DNA from: an uncultured Gammaproteobacteria bacterium
GTDB taxonomy: Bacteria > Pseudomonadota > Gammaproteobacteria > Pseudomonadales > Pseudohongiellaceae
Direction of reading: 5' to 3'
Assembly (NCBI GenBank): GCA_903887045.1
Contig: CAISOD010000075.1
Coordinates: forward strand, 1 to 60,674
Length of the DNA stretch: 60,674 nt
In this document: piece by piece, positions 51,494 through 60,674 of the stretch
Layout: every line of letters starts with the position of its first letter
Position numbering within the stretch: the first letter of the stretch is position 1
The notes under the pieces: model-generated
Database searches by the model: none
Seen by the model: the letters and a program-made list of their open reading frames with translations, nothing else
What the model was told of the DNA's origin: nothing
Made by a program: the position numbers and the translations under genes

Positions 51494-52282
51494 ATGGGCA
51501 CGCATTTCTGCACAAGCCCGGCCCTGTTTGCGTTGCTCATCAGCAGTGTAGTGCCTGCATGTTTGCAAGCGGCGACTGTCAGCGTATGCGACAGCTCCGA
51601 GCAGGTGGAAGCCGGCACCGGGCAACAGTTGTATGACGCCAGCGGGCAGTTGGTAACCTTGACTGTGTATGACGAGTCGCCTGCCGATACATCTTGCCGC
51701 ACGCTCGAACTGCCGTTGGCAGCAGCAGCGGTGCGTTGGCTGAGTTTGTTCGATATTCCACTGTCAGAACTGCCGCCTGCACGCGCTCTGCAAGGCCGCT
51801 TTCTCGACGCCAGTGCCGAAATCAGCGAAGTGATCCACGCCGGAGAACTGCCAACCGAGCCGGACTTCCTGCCGTTTGGCGATAACCTGCTGGCACATTT
51901 CGACGCCAGGCCGTTCGGACTGGAAGAGCGGGCGAGGTTCAACGACAGCGCTGAACTGGTGTGTGCGGCAGGCAGCGAGGCGGCTGCCACCGCCGCCACC
52001 CTGCGTCTTGGCAGTTTCCGGCTGCTGCTACCTGCGCCTGTCCAGCGTGCAGGCAGTCGTCGCGCTACATGGCTGTGGACACCTTCGTTGTGGTTGGAAG
52101 ATCCTCAACTTGCCTGGTCGATTGCCGAACAGGAAAACCTCGACAAACTCCATGTAACGGTGCCGGTGAGCGATAACGGAGAAGTGGAGAATGCCGAGGC
52201 GCTGGCTGCCTTCATCCGTGAGGCGCGCCGTCGCAAAATCGAAGTATGGGCCGTGGTGGGGGACGCATCCCGATTAGGGTAG
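51494..52282 (+). CDS. Hypothetical secreted protein, possibly 3'-truncated
   Basis: Signal-like N-terminus (MGTHFCTSPALFALLISSVVPACLQAATV). I recognise no family. The C-terminal 70 aa alternate beta/alpha like the start of a TIM barrel (ATWLWTP...LHVTVPV...AAFIREARRRKIEVWAVVGD) and then stop abruptly. Confidence 0.4.
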   Translation: MGTHFCTSPALFALLISSVVPACLQAATVSVCDSSEQVEAGTGQQLYDASGQLVTLTVYDESPADTSCRTLELPLAAAAVRWLSLFDIPLSELPPARALQGRFLDASAEISEVIHAGELPTEPDFLPFGDNLLAHFDARPFGLEERARFNDSAELVCAAGSEAAATAATLRLGSFRLLLPAPVQRAGSRRATWLWTPSLWLEDPQLAWSIAEQENLDKLHVTVPVSDNGEVENAEALAAFIREARRRKIEVWAVVGDASRLG

Positions 52283-52454
52283 CGCATTGCCATTCCTTGC
52301 GTGGGGTTAGCGCAACCAGGTGCCGGTGGCGATGGCGCTGGAAACCGGCAGCATCAGCGGTGGTGGAGACGGTTCCAGTAAGAATGGCGACAGGTTGATA
52401 GTCGGCGAGTTTGCAGACAACGCAGTAATCAACATCCAAGTGCTGTAATGCAGG

Positions 52455-53198
52455 TCATGCGCGCGCCAGACACCACACATGAATCTCGCGCGCTGTGTCG
52501 CCGTCCCGCTGCAACACGCGCGCAATTTCACTGACGGTACTCATTGTCGTCACTACGTCGTCGATCAAGGCGATGCGGCGGTAATGCGATCCGTCCCACT
52601 TGGGGTTCAATGCAAAGGCGCCACGCAGGTTGCGGCGGCGTTCCTTGGCGCTGAGCCCTTGCTGTGGCGGGGTTGCACGCACCCGTTGCAAGGCATCGGC
52701 TTCACAAGGAATGCCAAGTCCCTTCGACAAGTCACGAGCCATCAACAAGGCCTGGTTATAGCCGCGTTGCCGCAGCCGGGCAGGATGCAGGGGTACCGGC
52801 AGCAGCAGGTCGGGCAGTGAGGGCTGACCGTAGCGGTCGCGAATGGCATCGAGCAGCAGGGCAGTCAGTGCCCGGCCACCGGCCAGCTGGCGGTGGTATT
52901 TGAAGCCGGTGATCAGGCCGCTGACGCCAGCTTCATAACGGCAGGCCGCCACGGTGGTGTGGATGCGTGTGCTGCGGGTCTGGCAACGACCGCACTGCAG
53001 GCCGAATGCTGCTGCTGGCAACGGCAACGCACAGCCCGGGCAGCAGGAATCGGTGAGAGCCAACAGCTGCTGGCAGTTCACGCACAGGTCCAATCCACGC
53101 TGGCCGCGCTGCTGGCACAGCACACACGTGGGTGGCAGCAGCAAAAACTGTATGAAATTTGAACATCGGTAAACGGTTTCTTCAATCCGGGTTGACAT
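52455..53198 (-). CDS. comF: ComF-family protein (phosphoribosyltransferase domain with N-terminal zinc finger)
   Basis: Contains CVLCQQRG...CVNCQ...CPGC...CGRCQ and a PRTase motif [16 protein letters not shown]. Confidence 0.8.
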   Translation of the reverse strand: MSTRIEETVYRCSNFIQFLLLPPTCVLCQQRGQRGLDLCVNCQQLLALTDSCCPGCALPLPAAAFGLQCGRCQTRSTRIHTTVAACRYEAGVSGLITGFKYHRQLAGGRALTALLLDAIRDRYGQPSLPDLLLPVPLHPARLRQRGYNQALLMARDLSKGLGIPCEADALQRVRATPPQQGLSAKERRRNLRGAFALNPKWDGSHYRRIALIDDVVTTMSTVSEIARVLQRDGDTAREIHVWCLARA

Positions 53199-53239
53199 CA
53201 GACCTCCGCTGTCTAGTATGTCCCGGCGTCAGTCTAGTA
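53192..53239 (+). promoter_or_regulatory. Candidate bioBFCD sigma70 promoter with a direct-repeat operator candidate
   Basis: TTGACA (53192-53197), 16 nt, then TAGTAT (53214-53219). GTCTAGTA occurs at 53211-53218 (overlapping the -10) and again at 53232-53239, 21 bp apart. Confidence 0.5.
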
Positions 53240-53292
53240 GGCATTTCCGCGCCTTGCCGACTGACTTTGCCCCTTTTTCCAAGGAATTCCGC

Positions 53293-54354
53293 ATGACTGC
53301 GCCGCTACGCCACGACTGGCAAAACCACGAAATCCAAGCGCTGTTCCAGCTGCCATTCAATGACCTGCTGTACCGTGCCCACGGCGTCCACCGCCAGCAT
53401 TTCGATCCGAACGCGGTGCAGGTCAGCACACTGCTGTCGATCAAGACCGGCGCCTGTCCGGAAGACTGCAAGTACTGCTCGCAGAGCGGCCACTACAACA
53501 CCGGCCTCGAAAAGGAAAAGTTGCTGGCGCTGGAAAAGGTGCTGGCTGAAGCCGCAGCGGCGAAAACCAATGGTGCCAGCCGCTTCTGCATGGGTGCGGC
53601 GTGGAAGCATCCATCGAAGAAGGATTTCCCGCTGGTGCTGGCAATGGTGAAAGGGGTGCGTGAACTCGGCCTTGAAACCTGCATGACGCTGGGCCAGCTC
53701 ACCGAAGAGCAAACGCAAGAGCTCGCCACTGCCGGTCTCGACTACTACAACCACAACCTCGACACCTCGCGCGAGTACTACGACAAGATCATCACCACCC
53801 GTCATTTCGATGAGCGCCTCGATACGCTGGCACATGTACGCGCTGCCGGTATCAAGGTATGCAGCGGCGGTATCGTCGGCATGGGAGAGAGCGCAAATGA
53901 CCGCGTGGGCCTGCTGCGTGAGCTGGCCAATCTGCCACAACACCCCGAGAGCGTGCCGATCAACAACCTGGTGAAGATCGAAGGTACACCGCTGGCGAAT
54001 GTCGACGACCTCGACCCCTTTGATTTCATCCGCATGATCGCGGTTGCGCGCATCCTGATGCCGCAGTCACACGTGCGGCTTTCCGCCGGCCGTGAGCAGA
54101 TGAACGACCAGATGCAGGCGCTGTGCTTCTTCGCCGGTGCCAACTCGATTTTCTACGGCGACCGCCTGCTGACAACCGCCAACCCGCTTGCCTCCAGCGA
54201 TATGCAACTGTTTGCAAGACTCGGCATCCATCCCGAAACCGCCCACTCACACGCTGACTACGCGGCGGACTTGTCCCGCCATAGCATCGACTCACAGATC
54301 CCACCGGCTGGATCTGCACTCTTTTTCGATGCAACGGCGGAGGCCAGACAATAA
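53293..54354 (+). CDS. bioB: Biotin synthase
   Basis: Starts [30 protein letters not shown]. Has the radical-SAM [10 protein letters not shown] motif and YNHNLDTS. 353 aa. Confidence 0.95.
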   Translation: MTAPLRHDWQNHEIQALFQLPFNDLLYRAHGVHRQHFDPNAVQVSTLLSIKTGACPEDCKYCSQSGHYNTGLEKEKLLALEKVLAEAAAAKTNGASRFCMGAAWKHPSKKDFPLVLAMVKGVRELGLETCMTLGQLTEEQTQELATAGLDYYNHNLDTSREYYDKIITTRHFDERLDTLAHVRAAGIKVCSGGIVGMGESANDRVGLLRELANLPQHPESVPINNLVKIEGTPLANVDDLDPFDFIRMIAVARILMPQSHVRLSAGREQMNDQMQALCFFAGANSIFYGDRLLTTANPLASSDMQLFARLGIHPETAHSHADYAADLSRHSIDSQIPPAGSALFFDATAEARQ

Positions 54355-54356
54355 CC

Positions 54357-55562
54357 ATGACCGGCTCATTGCTGCTTCAGCAACGTCTGTCGGCGCGGCT
54401 CACTGAGCGTCGCACGCAGAATCTGTTGCGGCAGCGCCGCAGTGTTGAGTCACCCCAGCAGCCCGCTCTTGCTGTCGATGGCAGCAAGCTGTTGTCGTTC
54501 TGCAGCAATGACTATCTCGGCCTCGCCAATCATCCTGACGTCGTCGCTGCTTTCAAGCGCGGGCTCGATGAATACGGTGCCGGTAGCGGAGCGTCACATC
54601 TGGTCACCGGCCACACCAAGGCGCATGCCGCGTTGGAAGAAGAGCTGGCAGCGTTCACAGGCCGCAGTCGCGCGTTGCTGTTCGGCAGCGGCTTCATGGC
54701 CAATGTCGGCGTACTGACCACCTTGCTTGACGACAACGATCACGTCTTCGAAGACAAACTCAATCATGCCTCGTTGCTCGATGGTGGGCGCTTCAGCGGA
54801 GCCAGCTTCCGCCGTTATCCGCATCTCGATATGGCTCGGCTGGGAGCGTCGTTGCAGGCAGCGGAGGGTGATGGTGTCAGCTTTGTTGTCAGTGATGGTG
54901 TGTTCAGCATGGATGGCGACCTGGCGCCGCTCGGTGAATTGTTGCAGACGGCAGAGCGCCACAACGCAGTGGTCATGATTGACGATGCGCACGGCTTCGG
55001 TTGTCTCGGCGCTACTGGCGGCGGCATTGTTGAACTGGCGCAAGCACAGGGCGTGGTAGTCGATGAACAGCGGTTGCCGGTGCTGGTAGGTACGCTGGGC
55101 AAAGCCTTCGGCACTGCCGGTGCCTTTGTAGTCGGCAGTGACAATTTGATTGAAACGCTGATCCAGTTTTGCCGTCCCTATATCTATACCACGGCGTTGC
55201 CGGCCGCAGTGGCAGTGGCTACTCGCACCAGCCTGCGACTGGCGCAGCAAGACAGCTGGCGTCGAGAACATCTGCTGGCGCTGGTGCAGCGCTTTCGGCG
55301 AGGTGCCAGTGAACTTGGACTCAGGCTGCTGGATTCGCCCACCCAGATTCAGGCCTTGCTGCTTGGCACACCAGAGCGTGCTTTGGCCGCAAGCCGCCAA
55401 CTGGAAGCCCAGGGCATTCTGGTGACTGCGATCAGGCCGCCAACAGTGCCGCCGGGTACAGCACGATTGCGCATTACCTTCAGTGCGGCGCACACAGAGC
55501 AGCAGGTGGATGTGTTGCTGGCTGCATTGGCCGCGCTGCAGTTGCCGGCACTGGCGGCGTGA
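54357..55562 (+). CDS. bioF: 8-amino-7-oxononanoate synthase
   Basis: Reads FCSNDYLGLANHP...GSGASHLVTGH...DDAHGFG...TLGKAFG (PLP lysine). Confidence 0.93.
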   Translation: MTGSLLLQQRLSARLTERRTQNLLRQRRSVESPQQPALAVDGSKLLSFCSNDYLGLANHPDVVAAFKRGLDEYGAGSGASHLVTGHTKAHAALEEELAAFTGRSRALLFGSGFMANVGVLTTLLDDNDHVFEDKLNHASLLDGGRFSGASFRRYPHLDMARLGASLQAAEGDGVSFVVSDGVFSMDGDLAPLGELLQTAERHNAVVMIDDAHGFGCLGATGGGIVELAQAQGVVVDEQRLPVLVGTLGKAFGTAGAFVVGSDNLIETLIQFCRPYIYTTALPAAVAVATRTSLRLAQQDSWRREHLLALVQRFRRGASELGLRLLDSPTQIQALLLGTPERALAASRQLEAQGILVTAIRPPTVPPGTARLRITFSAAHTEQQVDVLLAALAALQLPALAA

Positions 55563-56371
55563 TGGGTTGTCAGTCGCGTGCCGCGGCCACTCTGCCTGCT
55601 TCACCCTCAACACGTGAGCGCATTGCCCGCGCTTTTGCGCGCAGCGCCCACAGCTACGATCAACATGCGGATCTGCAACGTGCAGTAGCAGATCAACTGC
55701 TGGCACTGTTGCCGCCGCAGTTTGCAGGCGCGCATGTGCTCGATCTTGGCTGTGGCACCGGTTACTGCACGCGGCAATTACGCGCACTGCTGCCAGCGTC
55801 AGTGGTGCTGGCGCTCGATCTGGCTGAGCCCATGCTGCAACGTGCGCGGGCGATACCGTCAGTGTTGCCGCTGTGTGCCGATGCGCAGCAGCTGCCACTG
55901 CAGACCGCGAGTATTGATCTGCTGCTATCCAGCCTGACAATCCAGTGGTGTGACGATCTGAACGCCTTGTTTGCCGAACTGCAACGCGTGCTGCGCAACG
56001 ATGGAGTCGCGCTGCTCAGCACCTTGGGGCCGCAGAGCTTGTGTGAGTTGCGCGCGGCATGGACCGGCATTGACCGGCGTATGCACAGTAATCGCTTCAC
56101 GCCACTTGCCACCATTGAGCAGGCAGCGAGTGCCAATGGTTTCACACTGAACTGGACGCGCGAGCTGCGGACAAGACATTACGAGTCACTGCGCAAGCTG
56201 GCGCATGAATTGAAAGGCCTCGGTGCCAACGCAGTGTTGGAACAGCAGGCAAGCACCGTGTCGCCTGCCAGCTTTCGCGCAGCCGAAGCTGCTTTTGCCA
56301 GCAATCGCGAAGCTGCCGGTATTCCGGTGCAGTGGGAAGTGTTCTACCTGCAGCTGCGGCGGCAAGCGTGA
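55559..56371 (+). CDS. bioC: Malonyl-ACP O-methyltransferase
   Basis: Reads FARSAHSYDQHADLQR, SAM motif VLDLGCGTGY, then LLSSLTIQWC. Overlaps the bioF stop (GTGATG). Confidence 0.85.
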   Translation: MMGCQSRAAATLPASPSTRERIARAFARSAHSYDQHADLQRAVADQLLALLPPQFAGAHVLDLGCGTGYCTRQLRALLPASVVLALDLAEPMLQRARAIPSVLPLCADAQQLPLQTASIDLLLSSLTIQWCDDLNALFAELQRVLRNDGVALLSTLGPQSLCELRAAWTGIDRRMHSNRFTPLATIEQAASANGFTLNWTRELRTRHYESLRKLAHELKGLGANAVLEQQASTVSPASFRAAEAAFASNREAAGIPVQWEVFYLQLRRQA

Positions 56372-57084
56372 TGACCCTGATTCCGGCAATTGCGCGACGC
56401 AGTTTTTTCATCACCGGCACCGATACCGGCGTTGGTAAAACCTTCTTCTCCTGTGCATTGCTGCACGCTGCTGCCAACGCCGGCTTCACCACTGCAGCCA
56501 TCAAGCCGGTTGCAGCCGGTGCAGCAGAAACCAGCGAGGGTTTGCGCAACGACGATGCACTGGCGCTGCAGGCCGCATGCACCTTGCCGCTCAGCTACAA
56601 CGAAGTGAATCCCTTCTGTTTGCCGGCGCCGCTGTCACCGCATCTCGCGGCTGCCGAAGCCGGGCGTCGCCTGCAGGCTGATCGTATTGTCGGTTTCTGT
56701 CAGGGCGTGTTGATGCAACGTGCCACACTTACCGTGGTTGAAGGAGCTGGCGGCTGGCGTGTGCCGATCAGCGACAACGAAACACTGGCCGATGTCGCCA
56801 AACGGCTGCGCTTGCCGGTGATTCTCGTGGTAGGCATGCGGCTTGGCTGCCTCAATCACGCCATGCTGAGCGCCGAAGCAATCCGTCGCGACGGCCTAAC
56901 GCTGGCTGGCTGGGTGGCCAATACCGTTGATCCGCAGATGCAGGCCCGTGACGGCAATGTCGCCAAACTGGAACGTGAGCTGATGGCGCCACTGCTGGCG
57001 GATATTCCGTGGCTGCCCGCAGCCGATGCGCGCGATGCTGCCAGACTGGTCGATCTGCCCGCGCTTTTCCCGCCGCGGGCTTGA
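56371..57084 (+). CDS. bioD: Dethiobiotin synthetase
   Basis: Reads FFITGTDTGVGKT...VEGAGGW. The ATG overlaps the bioC TGA by 1 nt. Confidence 0.9.
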   Translation: MTLIPAIARRSFFITGTDTGVGKTFFSCALLHAAANAGFTTAAIKPVAAGAAETSEGLRNDDALALQAACTLPLSYNEVNPFCLPAPLSPHLAAAEAGRRLQADRIVGFCQGVLMQRATLTVVEGAGGWRVPISDNETLADVAKRLRLPVILVVGMRLGCLNHAMLSAEAIRRDGLTLAGWVANTVDPQMQARDGNVAKLERELMAPLLADIPWLPAADARDAARLVDLPALFPPRA

Positions 57085-57207
57085 GCCGGATCAATGGCAG
57101 CGGCGCGGTTGGCCGGCCTATAATCCGCGCCTCTCGAAAGGCTCGCCAGACCGGCAACCTTTGGTATTTGCTGCGGAATTACGTTCCGCCCCGCAAAGGA
57201 CATCGTC

Positions 57208-58212
57208 ATGACAACCCCCGACACACGCATCGTCGTGTGTGCGCTTTACCATTTCACCCGGCTTGATGATTACGCCGCGCTGCAACAGCCCTTGCATGAC
57301 CTGATGCGCAATCAGGGAGTAAGAGGCACGCTGCTGCTCGCCAGCGAAGGTATCAACGGCACAATCGCCGGCACACGTGCCGGTATTGACGCAGTGCTGG
57401 CGTGGTTGAGGCTCGATCCCCGCCTTGCGGCACTCGACCACAAGGAAAGCTTCGACGACCACATCCCGTTTTACCGCACCAAGGTCAAACTGAAGCACGA
57501 AATTGTCACGATGGGGGTTGAAGGCATTGATCCCCTGCGCAAGGTCGGCACCCATGTGGAGCCACATGACTGGAATGCGCTGATCTCGCAGCCCGATGTA
57601 TTGTTGATTGATACTCGCAACCAATATGAAGTGGAGATTGGCACTTTCCAGGGCGCGGTCAACCCGCATACCGAAAGCTTCCGCGAATTCCCGGCTTATG
57701 TGAAACAGCAACTTGATCCCGCCAGGCACCGCAAGATTGCGATGTTCTGTACGGGCGGCATCCGCTGCGAGAAAAGTACTGCCTACCTGAAAGAGCAGGG
57801 CTTTAACGAGGTGTATCACCTCAAGGGTGGCATCCTCAATTACCTGGAGAAAGTGCCGGCGGAACAGTCGTTGTGGCAGGGTGAGTGCTTTGTATTCGAC
57901 AACCGGGTGGCGGTGAATCACAGCCTGGCCAAGGGCGATTACGACCAGTGTCACGCCTGCAGGCTGCCGATTCAGGATGCCGACAAACACAGCGCGTTTT
58001 ACGAAAAAGGCGTCAGCTGCCCACGTTGCCATGGCACCCGCAGTGACGCCGAGCTGGAGCACCTGCGCGAACGTCAGCACCAGATCGAATTGGCGCAGAG
58101 CCGCGGCGAAGCGCATCTGGGCGGTGATGTGGCCGACACCATAGAGAAGCGCCGTGCCCTCAAACTCGCCCTCAAGGAGCAGCAAAAACAGGCCAGCGTT
58201 GCCGATAACTGA
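57208..58212 (+). CDS. trhO: Rhodanese-related tRNA uridine(34) hydroxylase TrhO (YceA/UPF0176)
   Basis: Reads [11 protein letters not shown]...[16 protein letters not shown]...[18 protein letters not shown]...[12 protein letters not shown], with a C-terminal Cys cluster (CHAC..CPRCH). Confidence 0.85.
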   Translation: MTTPDTRIVVCALYHFTRLDDYAALQQPLHDLMRNQGVRGTLLLASEGINGTIAGTRAGIDAVLAWLRLDPRLAALDHKESFDDHIPFYRTKVKLKHEIVTMGVEGIDPLRKVGTHVEPHDWNALISQPDVLLIDTRNQYEVEIGTFQGAVNPHTESFREFPAYVKQQLDPARHRKIAMFCTGGIRCEKSTAYLKEQGFNEVYHLKGGILNYLEKVPAEQSLWQGECFVFDNRVAVNHSLAKGDYDQCHACRLPIQDADKHSAFYEKGVSCPRCHGTRSDAELEHLRERQHQIELAQSRGEAHLGGDVADTIEKRRALKLALKEQQKQASVADN

Positions 58213-58320
58213 CCCAAATCCTTGCACACACTTTTGTTAGAATCTGCCCCACTATTTGCAATGGCTCTATGTACCAACTCGTTGTATTAACTCTTTTTAT
58301 TCAGGAACAGGAACCTGCCA

Positions 58321-59220
58321 ATGACAACAAAACAAATCACTCTTTCCGTTATCGGGGTTGTTGCCCTCGGTGTGTTGTATGCCGTGTTTGGCCTGCCGTC
58401 AGTCAGCGATGCCGAGCTGCCGACTGATGTCGAAGCCATTGCCCGTGGCGAATACGTTTACAACGCTGGCGGTTGCGGTGCCTGTCACCAGCCTGAAGGT
58501 ACCACCGCTCCAATCGGTGGCTATGTAATCGAAGCCGAATCGCCTTTTGGGGCGAATACCTTCCACGTACCAAACATCACGCCTGACCCGGAAACCGGCA
58601 TTGGTGGCTGGACCGGCAAGGACTTCCTGCTTGCACTCAAACACGGTCGCAGCCCCGGCGGCAGCTTTTACTGGCCGGCTTTCCCGTTCCGCTCCTACAA
58701 AGACATGACTGACCAGGATGTGCTGGATGTTGGCGCCTACCTGATGTCGTTGCCCGCAGTGAAAAACGAAGTGCCCGACCACGAAATGCCGGCTTACCAG
58801 TTCCGCTTGATGATGGCTGGCTGGAACATCATGGCCGGCTTCATGGAAGGCACACCGCCGGCAGTAGTAGAGGGTGCTGATGATCCGCAGATGCAGCGTG
58901 GTATCTACCTGGCGCGTGCGCTCGGCCATTGCGGTGAATGTCATACCCCTCGCAACGGTCTGGGCATGCTGCAGATGTCACAGGAATTTGCCGGTGTTGA
59001 AGGTTTGTCACCGGCAATTGATACGGCTGGCTGGAGCACCGATGAGTTCGTTGGTTTCCTGCAGCTGGGCATGACGGCAAGCTTCGATTTCGTGGGTGGC
59101 GAGATGGCCGACGTAATCGAGCACACCAGCCTTCTCAGCGAAGCTGACCAGGCAGCCTATGCGGCATTCTTCACTCGCGGTGAAGGCGAAAGCAGCGGCG
59201 CCGCCGACAACTTCGAGTGA
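58321..59220 (+). CDS. Membrane-anchored diheme c-type cytochrome
   Basis: N-terminal TM helix and two heme-binding motifs (CGACH, CGECH). Resembles cytochrome c subunits of membrane dehydrogenases but has two rather than three CxxCH motifs. Confidence 0.8.
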   Translation: MTTKQITLSVIGVVALGVLYAVFGLPSVSDAELPTDVEAIARGEYVYNAGGCGACHQPEGTTAPIGGYVIEAESPFGANTFHVPNITPDPETGIGGWTGKDFLLALKHGRSPGGSFYWPAFPFRSYKDMTDQDVLDVGAYLMSLPAVKNEVPDHEMPAYQFRLMMAGWNIMAGFMEGTPPAVVEGADDPQMQRGIYLARALGHCGECHTPRNGLGMLQMSQEFAGVEGLSPAIDTAGWSTDEFVGFLQLGMTASFDFVGGEMADVIEHTSLLSEADQAAYAAFFTRGEGESSGAADNFE

Positions 59221-59330
59221 GTCATTGTATGGATGCCGCAGGAGAAAAAGCGCCTGCTGCGTTCGAAGCAGTTTTGTCCTGAACGATGAACCAGGCTCGC
59301 AAGTAACCCTGAATCCAGTTCACGAAAAGC

Positions 59331-59361
59331 AAAAACGCCCGCATATGCGGGCGTTTTTTTG
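59331..59361. terminator. Bidirectional rho-independent terminator shared by the two convergent cytochrome genes
   Basis: AAAA-ACGCCCGC-atat-GCGGGCGT-TTTTTTT. Confidence 0.85.
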
Positions 59362-59402
59362 TTCGGTTGCTGTGCTCTCAAGCAGCGCAGCGGTATTGCA
59401 GA

Positions 59403-59876
59403 TCAATCCAGACGGAAGCGGTCGTGGCAAGCGCCGCACTTCGGACCGATGGCTGCGACGGCTTCACGTACACCGGCTTCGCCTTTGGTGTTCAGGATTT
59501 CCAGCGCGGACTTGGCACCGGCTTCCAGATCGGCAGCCAGCTTGTCGAAATCGGCTTTGCCGGTCCAGATGGTGTCAGAAGCGCGGGTTTTGGCAGCGCC
59601 AGCGGTCTTAGTGGTGTCGTTGGCAAACAGCTGCGGGATCATGCCAGCCAGCATGATGACGCGTTCGGTGCCCAGTTTGGCAGCAGCGGCATCAAATGGA
59701 GCCCCGCGAGCCATGCCACCCAGTGCGCCGTTGGCAACGGACAGCAGCTTGAATACAGCCTGACGGTTGGCAATGTCAGCAGCAGCTTTCTCTTCCGGTG
59801 TCTGCTCAGCGGCAGCCATTACATTGACGGACAACAAGGAGCTCAGCAACACAGCTCCGGCAAATGCGATACGTTT
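59403..59876 (-). CDS. Class II cytochrome c (cytochrome c'/c-556 family)
   Basis: Signal peptide MKRIAFAGAVLLSSLLSVNVMAAAE, a helical body and a single CxxCH very near the C-terminus (KCGACHDRFRLD). The ATG at 59876 has GGGGA upstream; the ORF extends to 59894. Confidence 0.8.
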   Translation of the reverse strand, partial: KRIAFAGAVLLSSLLSVNVMAAAEQTPEEKAAADIANRQAVFKLLSVANGALGGMARGAPFDAAAAKLGTERVIMLAGMIPQLFANDTTKTAGAAKTRASDTIWTGKADFDKLAADLEAGAKSALEILNTKGEAGVREAVAAIGPKCGACHDRFRLD

Positions 59877-60119
59877 CATAGTAGTTTTCCCCATCTAAGG
59901 ATCCGTTGATTTTGCGAGGCAGCAATCATGCAAAAAGCCATGTTTGCCGGCCCTGGTGGTTAAACCCAGCGTGCCGGATTCTGCCACGTTGTTTGACTCC
60001 TGTCTGCAACTTCAAGATCGCTCACCAGAATTCTAATGCCACCCGAAACTCCGCCAATCGGTACTGCCTGTTCCGGTATTCCATTTCCTGTGAGCTTGCT
60101 GAAAGTATGTGCGCGCAGC

Positions 60120-60144
60120 GCTTAATCAGTGCTTAATCATGCTT
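60120..60144. repeat. Short 11-bp-period tandem repeat upstream of xseB
   Basis: GCTTAATCAgt GCTTAATCAt GCTT. Confidence 0.7.
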
Positions 60145-60190
60145 TTGGCATTACCATTTCAACTGTGCAAAAAACGCGGAAATTACCGAC

Positions 60191-60448
60191 ATGAGCCGCA
60201 AAAACACCAAGTTCAATTTTGAAGAATCCCTTGCCAGTCTGGAAGGTTTGGTCGAAGCGATGGAGGCTGGAGATCTGAGTCTTGAAGAGTCGCTGAAAGC
60301 ATTCGAACAAGGCATCAAGCTGACGCGTGAATGTCAGCAGGCACTGGATACGGCAGAGCAAAAGGTACAACTGCTGCTTGCCAACACCGATGTGCCCGCG
60401 GCTGCTCCTTTTGACGACGAAGACGACGGCGAATCCGCTGGAGCCTGA
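60191..60448 (+). CDS. xseB: Exodeoxyribonuclease VII small subunit
   Basis: 85 aa. Reads FEESLASLEGLVEAMEAGDLSLEESLKAFEQGIKLTRECQQALDTAEQKVQ. Confidence 0.93.
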   Translation: MSRKNTKFNFEESLASLEGLVEAMEAGDLSLEESLKAFEQGIKLTRECQQALDTAEQKVQLLLANTDVPAAAPFDDEDDGESAGA

Positions 60449-60451
60449 AGA

Positions 60452-60674
60452 GTGGATTCCCGCGATTTACGCCCCTGGTTGCTGACCCGCCAGCAGCAGG
60501 CAGAACAGGCCTTGCAAGGGTTGCTGGCCCGGCAGGACGTGCCGGCAAGACTGGCAGACGCCATGCGCTATGCCGTGCTTGGTGGCGGCAAGCGCTTGCG
60601 GCCACTGCTGGCCTACGCCGCTGCCGAAGCGGTGACCGACAAAGAGGCAGAAGCCGGCAGCACCAACGCCAGTG
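60452..60674 (+). CDS. ispA: Farnesyl diphosphate synthase, N-terminal fragment (3' end outside window)
   Basis: A GTG 3 nt after the xseB stop begins VDSRDLRPWLLTRQQQAEQALQGLLARQDVPARLADAMRYAVLGGGKRLRPLLAYAAAEAV. Has the AMRY..LGGGKRLRP signature and the conserved xseB-ispA context. Confidence 0.8.
   Translation, partial: MDSRDLRPWLLTRQQQAEQALQGLLARQDVPARLADAMRYAVLGGGKRLRPLLAYAAAEAVTDKEAEAGSTNAS

Noticed and set aside
54594-55940. 448-aa ORF on the minus strand
   Set aside because: It is antisense to bioF and bioC. It has no recognisable motifs and shows the composition bias of a shadow frame.
57118-58227. 369-aa ORF on the minus strand
   Set aside because: It is antisense to trhO, and the plus-strand product has full-length YceA/TrhO signatures. 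The same reasoning rejects 859..1683, 2918..3841, 13454..14197, 39113..39919 and 45325..46155.

Overview
This is a 60.7 kb chromosomal window from a moderately GC-rich Gammaproteobacterium (taxon inferred from gene content and order). It is almost entirely core housekeeping DNA. I support about 55 protein-coding genes.

Gene order, left to right:
- hisF (3' end), a disrupted SGNH hydrolase, ctpA-envC-gpmI, a rhodanese, secB, trmL.
- The nitrogen block ntrC-ntrB-glnA, then thiI, typA, dtd.
- tatCBA-hisE-hisI-ubiB, followed by a ~2.6 kb insert, then ubiJ-ubiE.
- DUF971 and SPOR genes, priA, a stand-alone chorismate mutase, rpmE, mrcA.
- pilMNOPQ-aroK-aroB, a 979-aa TonB-dependent receptor, gltBD-hemE-folK.
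- An MTHFR-like gene, yaeQ, bioA, an orphan secreted protein, comF, bioBFCD.
- trhO, a diheme cytochrome c, a class II cytochrome c, xseB and the 5' end of ispA.

I found no rRNA, tRNA, CRISPR array, IS element, integrase or recognisable defence or secondary-metabolite genes.

I do not see a convincing novel multi-gene system. The points that deserve a second look are local:
1. The conserved ubiE-ubiJ-ubiB operon is split by an insert. The insert carries a multiply disrupted beta-propeller gene, a small zinc-ribbon gene and a 10-bp tandem repeat.
2. An SGNH hydrolase is interrupted by one in-frame TGA.
3. The glnA 3' UTR is structured and has the architecture of a 3'UTR-derived sRNA.
4. glnA has a sigma54/NtrC-type control region and a ~200-nt leader containing two tandem duplications.
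5. The receptor inserted between aroB and gltB has a 460-nt leader with a 20-bp direct repeat.
6. The bioB promoter carries a direct-repeat operator candidate, and the bio cluster lacks bioH.

All calls rest on reading the six-frame translations and the DNA by eye. No database search was run.
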